Made by a program: the position numbers and the translations under genes | Assembly (NCBI RefSeq): GCF_000020025.1 | Contig: NC_010628.1 | Coordinates: 4,620,001-4,652,000 of the forward strand | Origin: Nostoc punctiforme PCC 73102 | GTDB lineage: Bacteria > Cyanobacteriota > Cyanobacteriia > Cyanobacteriales > Nostocaceae | Direction: 5' to 3' | Length of the DNA stretch: 32,000 nt | Notes under the pieces: generated by a model | Databases searched by the model: none | The model's input: the letters and a program-made list of their open reading frames with translations, nothing else | Told to the model about the DNA's origin: nothing | In this document: positions 17,238 to 25,082 of the stretch, in pieces | How positions within the stretch are numbered: the first letter of the stretch is position 1 | How the letters are laid out: every line of letters begins with the position of its first letter

Positions 17238-17882
17238 AGTTAGTCCATCGGCAATGGGCACAAGGGAGAGTGTTACCCGTTCATCATGATGTAACTTCTC
17301 ATTGAGTGCCCGAATCGATTGGGTGCTTTCATCTTGATTTTCCGGGTCAGCAACTTGTCCTGACCATAAAACATTATCAATCGCAATCAATCCACCTGGA
17401 CGCAACAATTGCAGCGATCGCTCATAATATCCATCATAATTTTCTTTATCAGCATCAATAAAAGCAAAATCAAATGTCTCTGCTTGGCCAGTTGCCAACA
17501 GCCGATCTAAAGTTTCTAAACCTGGAGCCAATCGTAAATCGATTTTATCGGCAACTCCGGCTTCTTGCCAATATCGGCGAGCGATCGCAGTAAATTCTTC
17601 ACTCACATCAGCAGCAATAATTTTACCATCATCAGGAAGTGCTAAAGCCACTGAAAGCGAGCTATAACCTGTAAATACACCAACTTCTAGGGTTTTCTTG
17701 GCTCCAATCAGCTGTACTAGCAGTCTCATAAACTGCCCTTGTTCTGGTGAAATCTGCATCGTGCTTCTGGGATGACTGGCAGTTTCTTGGCGCAACTTCA
17801 AAAGAATCTCTGGTTCCCGCAGTGAAACGGATAAAAGGTAATTATAGAGTTGATCGTCAAGACCTATAGACTGTTTTGGCAT
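17217..17882 (-). CDS. class I SAM-dependent O-methyltransferase (caffeoyl-CoA OMT-like, Methyltransf_3)
   Basis: 221 aa. SAM-binding motif LEVGVFTGYSSLSVALALP and metal/catechol-type motif FDFAFIDADKENY...GGLIAIDNVLW. Confidence 0.85.
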   Translation of the reverse strand: MPKQSIGLDDQLYNYLLSVSLREPEILLKLRQETASHPRSTMQISPEQGQFMRLLVQLIGAKKTLEVGVFTGYSSLSVALALPDDGKIIAADVSEEFTAIARRYWQEAGVADKIDLRLAPGLETLDRLLATGQAETFDFAFIDADKENYDGYYERSLQLLRPGGLIAIDNVLWSGQVADPENQDESTQSIRALNEKLHHDERVTLSLVPIADGLTLAIKRS

Positions 17883-17973
17883 GGTAGATGAGAGAATTGC
17901 AATAATCTACAGTTATACTATCGCCTAAAAGTGGTTTATCAAACATACAACAAGAGAACTTTTAAAATATCCT

Positions 17974-19542
17974 CTAAATTCTCACTTCGGAATCTTCCTT
18001 AAGCATATACCAAATACCATCATTCTTTTGACTTAAAATCTGATATTTTTTCTCAACAAATTCTAGCAGATTTGGAAATTTATCTTTAATTATAGCCTGG
18101 GGTTCGTAATCAATAAAAATATAAGGAGGCTTTGATAACTCTAACTGTTTTATAAGTGCTGACCATTGCTCAGATAGAAAATATTCAAGGGCCCAACCAC
18201 GTAGTATCGTTGCTTGAGTCCGACCAGAAAAATAGTAGATAGATGGATCGCCTGCTACATAAATATCACCAATAAGATTTCCTGGTTGAGATATAAAATT
18301 AGCTTCTGAACGAAGAGATGGATATTTGGGTCTAAAGACAGCCTGATATTGCAATCGTGCATCTTCAGTTAAAGCAAAATTATTATTAACCAGAGTAATA
18401 CTTTTTTTTACGAGAGTGAAAGAGAAAGGTAAGAACAATAAAAATACCAGCAAAATAGTTGGAATTCGAGACTTTAATCCTTTTAAGGAATCCCACAATA
18501 TATCTAATCCCTTAGTTGCTAAAATACCTATAGGTACAAATAATAGTAAGTAATGGTATTCCCACAATGCTGTTTCTTGTAAAAGAATAACAGACAAACC
18601 GAAAATGCACCAAACAACAAGTAGCAAAGTCAATATATTCTTAGACTTATACAATGATACATATACTGCAACAGCAGTCATTAAAATTAAAGAATAAAAA
18701 TTCTGTAATAACCATTTCATTCCCAAAACAAAATTAGTCTGATTAAATGCAGCATTAGCAACAATCATTGGTGGATATATAAAAAATGTCTTAAACACTA
18801 TCGCAAAACTATTAACCGAGATAAAGTAGCTGGCAACAACTAAAAGAGGAAATGTAACTCCTATAAAAATTGGGATAAAAATCTCAATGAAGTTTTTTTG
18901 GATAGTGTGGCGTTTTATCAGTATAGAATACATCAATATACTTAGCCATAATGAAACTAATATCACCAGAAATAAGAATTTAAATAGCAGAACAATTCCG
19001 CCTAAAAAGCCTGACATTAAAAGCAGATAAAATCTTTGCTTTCCTTCTTTTTTAAAAGATTTAAAAGTAACCCAAAGACAAAGGAATAAAGGAAAACCGA
19101 CTAGTGCTTCTACTTGAGTCAGATGCCAAGCACCGGAAACAATATAGTAAACGCCAACTGTTAACAAAGGTACTAGACTTGCAATTATCTGATGTCGAAA
19201 ATAGCTTTTTAGAGTCAGCAGCAATATTATCGAAAAAAATACCATGTAAATAAGTTCAAATACATGGATACCAATCTCATTAAAACCAAATAAAGTTCCT
19301 GCTAAAAAATAAAATGAGAAAATCCCTGGTTGTTTAATATCCCAAAAATCCCGATAAAGTACCTTTCCTTGTTGCATCTCCAAAGCACCTAGCCTAAAAA
19401 ATGCTTGATCTCCGTCAAATGGAAAAGGTAAATGTATCAGACCAATAATGACAATAACAATCAAAACTATAAAGTCAATTTTATTTAATTTAGTAATACT
19501 AATCATGAAATTTAAAGTTAGATTTAAGTGACTATTTCGCAA
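17974..19542 (-). CDS. GT-C-fold membrane glycosyltransferase (ArnT/PMT_2-like)
   Basis: 522 aa with more than 10 TM segments. The first-loop acidic motif (FPFDGDQAFF) and YRDFWDIKQPG resemble the D..KPP loop of ArnT/PMT_2 enzymes. A soluble C-terminal domain of about 130 aa follows. The start is TTG at 19542, with AGGA 10 nt upstream; an alternative ATG lies at 19506. Confidence 0.6.
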   Translation of the reverse strand: MRNSHLNLTLNFMISITKLNKIDFIVLIVIVIIGLIHLPFPFDGDQAFFRLGALEMQQGKVLYRDFWDIKQPGIFSFYFLAGTLFGFNEIGIHVFELIYMVFFSIILLLTLKSYFRHQIIASLVPLLTVGVYYIVSGAWHLTQVEALVGFPLFLCLWVTFKSFKKEGKQRFYLLLMSGFLGGIVLLFKFLFLVILVSLWLSILMYSILIKRHTIQKNFIEIFIPIFIGVTFPLLVVASYFISVNSFAIVFKTFFIYPPMIVANAAFNQTNFVLGMKWLLQNFYSLILMTAVAVYVSLYKSKNILTLLLVVWCIFGLSVILLQETALWEYHYLLLFVPIGILATKGLDILWDSLKGLKSRIPTILLVFLLFLPFSFTLVKKSITLVNNNFALTEDARLQYQAVFRPKYPSLRSEANFISQPGNLIGDIYVAGDPSIYYFSGRTQATILRGWALEYFLSEQWSALIKQLELSKPPYIFIDYEPQAIIKDKFPNLLEFVEKKYQILSQKNDGIWYMLKEDSEVRI

Positions 19543-19846
19543 TAGTTAATATCCTAATAAAATAACAAAAATTTCTGTCTTTTTTTATTACTCATAATGA
19601 CTAAAAACTGTAATCAAGAAAGATTATGAGTCTATTGGTACTTAAGTTTATGCTTAACTTTGCTATGTTTTACTACAACTTTTAGAGTTTGCAAATGTTT
19701 GCAGTGCAAGCAAAACTCTATCTTCATATATGATTGCAATAAGTAGGTGGGTATGAAACAATTGAACTATTTAAAGATATAGTATTTTGCAAAGAATTTA
19801 GGTACAAATGCAGAACTCACGCATCAGAGAAAGTTTATACCTCTTG

Positions 19847-20167
19847 CCTTCTCCTAAGGGGAGACGCTAAAAGCGATCTGTCTGTTGCCGTAATGCTGCA
19901 CGATCCTGCCTCAAAACCCGTAGCTCTTTGTACTTCATACAAGAGAAAACTGCTGTAAATAGGTAGGTGCAACGTACTAAACTATTGCTTTGAACAACTA
20001 TGAGTATATCGGTAACTATGTGATGTATATGTGAAGTATTAATGTAGATATAGGCTAATACCCTTGGGTTCTTGATATTTTGCCGACCACTCACTTGCTT
20101 GAATTGGAGGAACCTCTGACCTCGCAGACTAACTAACGCTTTCAGCGTCTCCTCTTTTTAAGGAGGG
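19847..20167. repeat. about 320-bp non-coding element bounded by about 30-bp imperfect inverted repeats (MITE-like)
   Basis: The left end is ccttctcctaaggggagacgctaaaagcg (19847-19875). The right end is cgctttcagcgtctcctctttttaaggaggg (20137-20167). The inner 16 nt (ggagacgctaaaagcg / cgctttcagcgtctcc) are complementary at 15 of 16 positions, and the outer ctcct/aggag blocks also pair. Confidence 0.5.
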
Positions 20168-20243
20168 TTAGGACGACCAAGCCTTAACTAGAACTTATTA
20201 GGATATAGACACAGCACAATAACTTTAAATATAGGAAATACTG

Positions 20244-20429
20244 ATGGAACGTTCAAAATTAATTGCTATTCTTACAGGTGCGATTTCGGTTATTTTGGCG
20301 ATCGCTTACCTGATCTTAGTCCAACTTCTGGACTACCGAGACATGAAACCCGCCCCCATCAGCCAATTTGACCAAGCGCCTGCTATTATTTCTGTTTTTT
20401 GGCAGATTGACAAAATTATCGAAGTGTAA
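20244..20429 (+). CDS. possible small membrane protein (61 aa)
   Basis: One clear TM helix (LIAILTGAISVILAIAYLILVQLL). A HIP1 site lies inside the ORF. A strong hairpin follows 25 nt after the stop. There is no clear Shine-Dalgarno sequence. Confidence 0.4.
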   Translation: MERSKLIAILTGAISVILAIAYLILVQLLDYRDMKPAPISQFDQAPAIISVFWQIDKIIEV

Positions 20430-20454
20430 TTCATATTTTGTTTTGCTGACTTGT

Positions 20455-20478
20455 AGAGACGCAATTGATTGCGTCTCT
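20455..20478. terminator. hairpin element agagacgcaattgattgcgtctct (11-bp stem), same family as 14007-14071 and 8022-8047
   Basis: The stem pairs perfectly except for the central 2 nt. It sits downstream of the 61-aa ORF. No strong T-run follows, so a terminator function is uncertain. Confidence 0.4.
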
Positions 20479-20606
20479 TGTCATTTATGTCAATAAGTAA
20501 AAACTCATGATGATTATTGATCAAACCAACGATAGATTCATAGATAAAAAACAATAGCTATTATTCATTACTCAAATGGTTTGTTATATAAGATTTCTTT
20601 AGAGCA

Positions 20607-20631
20607 TTTATCTCAGATTTGTTTAGATAAA
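20607..20631. promoter_or_regulatory. candidate LysR-type (T-N11-A) dyad: TTTATCT-N11-AGATAAA
   Basis: 7-bp perfect arms (20607-20613 and 20625-20631) with an 11-nt spacer, about 175 nt upstream of ndhF3. A second, weaker dyad AGAT-N11-ATCT lies at 20686-20704. Confidence 0.3.
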
Positions 20632-20803
20632 GTAATTCCTTTTTGACTGATATAACGGTAAGCTGTTTCTAACAAGATTAAATAAAGATAAATTTGTCTG
20701 ATCTGCATAGGCGTAGCCTGTCGTAGATATCTCTGGGTTAACAGGGATCAACGTAAGTTGATTCAAAACCCCAAACTTTTGATGGAAATTTAGAGGTAAG
20801 TTG

Positions 20804-22681
20804 ATGGCTCAGTTTCTACTTGAGACTGTTTGGCTAGTTCCTTGCTATGCCTTAATAGGTGGCTTGTTAGCCGTACCTTGGTCGCCGGGAATTATTCGGA
20901 AAACGGGGCCAAGACCGGCGGGTTACATAAACTTGGTGATGACATTTTTGGCGTTTGTGCATAGTGCGATCGCCTTACAAGCAACTTGGAATCATCCAGC
21001 CCAAGAAGTATTTATTCCTTGGTTATCTACAGCTGGTTTAGACCTCACCATTGCTTTAGAAATATCCTCAGTAAGTGTCGGCGCTTTAGTTGTGATTACT
21101 GGTTTAAATTTGCTGGCGCAGATTTATGCCATCGGTTACATGGAGATGGATTGGGGTTGGGGACGCTTCTATTCCTTATTAGGATTATTTGAAGCAGGAC
21201 TATGTGCCCTGGTTCTATGTAATAACTTGTTCTTCAGCTATGTAATTTTGGAAGTCCTCACACTAGGAACTTACCTACTAGTTGGCTTATGGTTTAGCCA
21301 GCCGTTGGTAGTCTCAGGTGCCAGAGATGCTTTCTTAACCAAGCGGGTGGGAGACTTATTCTTGCTGATGGGCGTGTTGGCATTATGGCCCCTAGCTGGA
21401 ACTTGGAGTTATCCAGAACTAGCTGAGTGGGCGGCGACTGCTAACGTCAACCCGACAACAATGGCACTGGTAGGTTTAGCCTTAATTGCTGGGCCGATGG
21501 GTAAATGTGCCCAGTTCCCTTTGCATCTGTGGTTGGATGAAGCAATGGAAGGCCCAGTTCCCAGTACAATTTTGCGGAATTCGGTAGTAGTTGCTAGTGG
21601 TGCATGGGTGCTGATTAAACTGCAACCTGTGTTAAGCCTGTCGCCCATAGTTTCCTCCGCTATGGTGGGCATTGGGGTAGTGACGGCGGTAGGTGCTTCT
21701 TTAATTGCGATCGCTCAAATTGATCTTAAACGCTGCCAATCCTATTCTGTCAGTGCATACATGGGTTTAGTATTCATCGCTGTGGGAACGCAACAAGATG
21801 AAGCAGCGCTGTTATTAGTACTTACCCATGCTATATCCGCAGCCCTATTGGTGATGAGTACCGGCGGAATTATTTGGAATAGCATCACCCAAGATGTCAC
21901 CCAATTAGGTGGGTTGTGGACACGTCGCCCGATTTCAGCAATAGCCTTTATCGTCGGCACTTTGGGGTTAATTGGTTTTCCACCACTGGGTAGTTTTTGG
22001 GCGCTAGTGAAACTATCAGACGGGTTGTGGGAAACGCAACCTTGGTTAGTGGGAGTAGTGATAACGGTAAATGCTTTGACAGCCGTGAGTTTAACCAGAG
22101 AATTCGGTTTAATTTTTGGTGGTAAAGCTACACAAATGAGTCAGCGATCGCCTGAAGCACACTGGCCGATGATTTTGCCAATGGTAATTCTACTTGGCTT
22201 TAGTCTACATCTTCCTTTAGTGTTGCAAAGCTTATCACTTTTACCCGATTGGGCAACTCTAAATAAAGATGTCGTGCTACTTTTAATTTGGTCAAGTATT
22301 TCCGGTTGCAGCATCACTGGGGTGGTTTATTTAGGGAATATTCCTAAACCAATTCGTCTCCCTTGGAAAGGTCTCCAAGACTTGTTTGCATACGACTTTT
22401 ATACCCCCAAACTCTATCGGATAACCATTATTTTTGGCGTTGCCAAGATTTCCCAACTTGCCGATATGATTGACCGCTTTGTTGTCGATGGCATCGTTAA
22501 TTTGGTTGGTTTATTTTCGCTATTAGGTGGCGAAAGTTTAAAATACAGCACCTCTGGACAAACCCAATTTTACGCCTTAACTGTCTTAATAGGAGTGAGC
22601 ATTTTAGGAATGTGGGTAGCTTGGCCATTTTGGGGTGTGCAGTTTTTAAATTTGATTTTTCCAATTTCGACAGTTGGTTAG
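20804..22681 (+). CDS. ndhF3: NDH-1MS subunit NdhF3 (CO2-uptake NAD(P)H-quinone oxidoreductase subunit F3)
   Basis: About 625 aa, with many TM segments of the NuoL/NdhF antiporter-like type (GKCAQFPLHLWLDEAMEGPVPSTILRNS). It lies in a cluster with ndhD3 and cupA. The ATG at 20804 is preferred over the TTG at 20801, and GAGGT lies 9 nt upstream of the ATG. Confidence 0.85.
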   Translation: MAQFLLETVWLVPCYALIGGLLAVPWSPGIIRKTGPRPAGYINLVMTFLAFVHSAIALQATWNHPAQEVFIPWLSTAGLDLTIALEISSVSVGALVVITGLNLLAQIYAIGYMEMDWGWGRFYSLLGLFEAGLCALVLCNNLFFSYVILEVLTLGTYLLVGLWFSQPLVVSGARDAFLTKRVGDLFLLMGVLALWPLAGTWSYPELAEWAATANVNPTTMALVGLALIAGPMGKCAQFPLHLWLDEAMEGPVPSTILRNSVVVASGAWVLIKLQPVLSLSPIVSSAMVGIGVVTAVGASLIAIAQIDLKRCQSYSVSAYMGLVFIAVGTQQDEAALLLVLTHAISAALLVMSTGGIIWNSITQDVTQLGGLWTRRPISAIAFIVGTLGLIGFPPLGSFWALVKLSDGLWETQPWLVGVVITVNALTAVSLTREFGLIFGGKATQMSQRSPEAHWPMILPMVILLGFSLHLPLVLQSLSLLPDWATLNKDVVLLLIWSSISGCSITGVVYLGNIPKPIRLPWKGLQDLFAYDFYTPKLYRITIIFGVAKISQLADMIDRFVVDGIVNLVGLFSLLGGESLKYSTSGQTQFYALTVLIGVSILGMWVAWPFWGVQFLNLIFPISTVG

Positions 22682-22735
22682 TTGAATACCGTTTTATTAC
22701 AAACAAGCAGACATTAATATTGTGAGGAGAATTCC

Positions 22736-23458
22736 ATGAGCATACAACATCCAAAAATTAATCTTTCCAGAAGAAGTTTATTCAAGTTTGGTGCAGGTGC
22801 CATCGGTACGGGTGTACTCACAGTTGGACTTGGCTCAAATTTACTTGCAGCCGAAAAAACCCCAGCAGCGCCAGCAGAAAATGATATTACCCCCGATAAG
22901 GCATTGCAAGAGTTATTAGATGGGAATGAAAGATTTGTCAAAGCAAAACGTCGCAATCCCAACCAAAGCCATTCACGTTTAGTTGAAGTTGCCAAAGGTC
23001 AAAAGCCCTTTGCCTCTGTTTTAGGATGTGCAGATTCACGAGTGCCTTCAGAGATTGTTTTTGACCAAGGACTTGGAGATTTATTTGTTTGCCGCGTAGC
23101 TGGTAATATTGCCACACGAGAAGAAATTGGTAGCCTAGAATTTGGCAGCTTAGTATTAGGCACTAAAGTCATCATGGTAGTGGGACATGAAAGATGTGGT
23201 GCGGTAGGTGCTGCTATTAAAGGCGCTCAAGTCCCAGGGCAAATTGGAAGTTTGCTTGAAGCAATTCAACCAAGTGTAGAAAGTACCAAAGGAAAATCAG
23301 GAGATAAGTTAGAAAATGTCTGTAAAGCAAATATTTTAGCGCAAGTTGGAAAATTGAAGTCATCGTCAGTTTTATCTGAATTAATCAAGGCAGAAAAACT
23401 GAAAATAATTGGTGGTTATTACGATTTAGATACTGGCAGAATCAGTTTAGTAAGTTAG
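22736..23458 (+). CDS. beta-class carbonic anhydrase with twin-arginine (Tat) signal peptide (EcaB-like)
   Basis: 240 aa. The N-terminus has NLSRRSLFKFGAGAIGTGVLTV (an S-R-R-x-F/L-x-K Tat motif plus an h-region, likely cleaved near LLA-AE). The beta-CA zinc and catalytic motifs are intact (GCADSRV and VVGHERCGAV). A GAGGAG Shine-Dalgarno sequence lies 5 nt upstream. Confidence 0.8.
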   Translation: MSIQHPKINLSRRSLFKFGAGAIGTGVLTVGLGSNLLAAEKTPAAPAENDITPDKALQELLDGNERFVKAKRRNPNQSHSRLVEVAKGQKPFASVLGCADSRVPSEIVFDQGLGDLFVCRVAGNIATREEIGSLEFGSLVLGTKVIMVVGHERCGAVGAAIKGAQVPGQIGSLLEAIQPSVESTKGKSGDKLENVCKANILAQVGKLKSSSVLSELIKAEKLKIIGGYYDLDTGRISLVS

Positions 23459-23462
23459 CTTT

Positions 23463-23512
23463 TTTGTCCTTTGTCATTAGTCATTGGTCATTACTAACGC
23501 ACAAAGGACAAA
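23463..23512 (+). promoter_or_regulatory. intra-operon hairpin (12-bp perfect stem) whose loop carries three STRR heptamers
   Basis: tttgtcctttgt (23463-23474) pairs with acaaaggacaaa (23501-23512). The loop contains gtcatta gtcattg gtcatta (23473-23493, overlapping the end of the left arm). A second direct copy of acaaaggacaaa lies at 23529-23540, 4 nt before the ndhD3 ATG. Confidence 0.6.
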
Positions 23513-23544
23513 TAATAAAGGAGAAATAACAAAGGACAAATATA

Positions 23545-25041
23545 ATGTTAAGTGTTTTAATTTGGCTCCCTATTTTAGCCGCCGCTATTATAGCAATATT
23601 ACCTGTAAGTTTCCCTAATCATCGCATTCGTCTAACAGCATTAATTTTTTCTGGAACAGTTCTTGCCTGGAACCTATTTATCCTGCTAAAATTTGATATC
23701 AGCAATCCAACGATGCAATTTAAAGAGTATTTGCCCTGGAATGAAACCCTTGGTTTGAGCTATCAAATAGGTGTTGATGGGCTTTCTATCTTAATGTTGG
23801 TGTTAAATAGCCTACTCACCTGGATTTCGATTTATAGCAGCAATAAAGAAACTGAACGCCCCAGGCTATTCTACTCGATGATTTTATTAGTGAGTGGAGG
23901 GGTTGCAGGTGCTTTTTTAGCGGAGAATTTGCTGCTCTTCTTCCTATTCTACGAACTAGAATTAATCCCCTTCTACTTACTAATTTCCATTTGGGGAGGG
24001 GCAAAACGGGGTTATGCTGGGATTAAATTCCTGATTTATACGGCGGTTTCAGGAGCATTAATTCTGGCGACATTCTTGGGTATGGTGTGGCTGAGTGGTT
24101 CTACCAATTTTGCTTTTGATGCAGTCTCTACAGAAAATCTGTCAACAGCAAAACAAATCCTTTTACTAGCAGGAATAGTCTTAGGTTTTGGTATTAAAAT
24201 TCCCTTGGTTCCCTTCCATACTTGGCTACCCGATGCTTATGTTGAAGCTTCAGCACCAATTGCTATTCTTCTTGGTGGTGTGTTAGCAAAACTGGGAACT
24301 TATGGACTGCTACGATTTGGATTGGGTATGTTTCCTCATGCTTGGAGTATTATTGCACCGACTCTGGCAATTTGGGGAGCAATCAGCGCTATCTATGGGG
24401 CGGTAATTGCGATCGCTCAAACAGATATCAAGCGCATGGTAGCATACAGTTCCGTCGGTCACATGGGTTATATCTTGCTAGCTGGTGCGGCTAGTACTCC
24501 CTTAGCACTCGTTGGTGCAGTCGCCCAAATGTTTAGTCACGGTATCATCCTGGCAATTCTCTTCCACTTGGTGGGAGTCGTGGAAGCCAAAGTTGGCACT
24601 CGCGAGTTAGATAAACTCAATGGTTTAATGAGTCCCATACGCGGTTTACCCCTAATTAGCGCCTTACTAGTCTTAAGTGGGATGGCTAGCGCAGGTATTC
24701 CCGGTTTAACAGGATTTATCGCGGAATTTATTGTCTTTCAAGGTAGTTTCTCTGCCTTCCCCATCCCGACTATTTTGTGTATAGTGGCTAGTGGATTAAC
24801 CGCAGTTTATTTTCTCATCCTCCTCAACCGCACCTGTTTTGGCAGACTCGATAACTTTGCCTACTATCCCAAAGTTCTTTGGTCTGAAAAAATCCCAGCT
24901 TTAATTTTGGCAGCTTTCATCATCTTTTTGGGAGTACAACCCACTTGGTTAGTACGTTGGAGTGAATCTACAACTACAACAATGGTCGCTGCAATTCCCC
25001 CTTTAGAAAAAACCGTAATCTCTGAAGTAGCGCTGAAGTAA
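23545..25041 (+). CDS. ndhD3: NDH-1MS subunit NdhD3 (CO2-uptake NAD(P)H-quinone oxidoreductase chain 4 paralogue)
   Basis: 498 aa of the NuoM/NdhD antiporter-like type (FGIKIPLVPFHTWLPDAYVEASAPIAILLGGVLAKLGTYGLLRF). It lies between ndhF3 and cupA. Confidence 0.85.
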   Translation: MLSVLIWLPILAAAIIAILPVSFPNHRIRLTALIFSGTVLAWNLFILLKFDISNPTMQFKEYLPWNETLGLSYQIGVDGLSILMLVLNSLLTWISIYSSNKETERPRLFYSMILLVSGGVAGAFLAENLLLFFLFYELELIPFYLLISIWGGAKRGYAGIKFLIYTAVSGALILATFLGMVWLSGSTNFAFDAVSTENLSTAKQILLLAGIVLGFGIKIPLVPFHTWLPDAYVEASAPIAILLGGVLAKLGTYGLLRFGLGMFPHAWSIIAPTLAIWGAISAIYGAVIAIAQTDIKRMVAYSSVGHMGYILLAGAASTPLALVGAVAQMFSHGIILAILFHLVGVVEAKVGTRELDKLNGLMSPIRGLPLISALLVLSGMASAGIPGLTGFIAEFIVFQGSFSAFPIPTILCIVASGLTAVYFLILLNRTCFGRLDNFAYYPKVLWSEKIPALILAAFIIFLGVQPTWLVRWSESTTTTMVAAIPPLEKTVISEVALK

Positions 25042-25082
25042 TAAATTTAGAGAGTTACGCATCGATACAGGAGGAAGAAAGG

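Noticed and set aside
19867-20094. 75-aa minus-strand ORF inside the TIR-bounded element as a possible transposase remnant
   Set aside because: It is too short and has no DDE, HUH or serine/tyrosine recombinase motifs. Its sequence is low-complexity and AT-driven. The element is better treated as non-autonomous or non-coding.
20480-20560. ATAG/CTAT clusters (gatagattcatagataaaaaacaatagctat) as NdhR ATAG-N8-CTAT sites
   Set aside because: The spacing between the ATAG and CTAT half-sites does not give N8 in any combination I could read. The T-N11-A dyads further downstream are better candidates.
20801-20803. TTG at 20801 as the ndhF3 start (the track gives MMAQ...)
   Set aside because: The adjacent ATG at 20804 gives the same protein minus one residue, and ATG is the more usual initiator. 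The difference is trivial, but the coordinates were adjusted.
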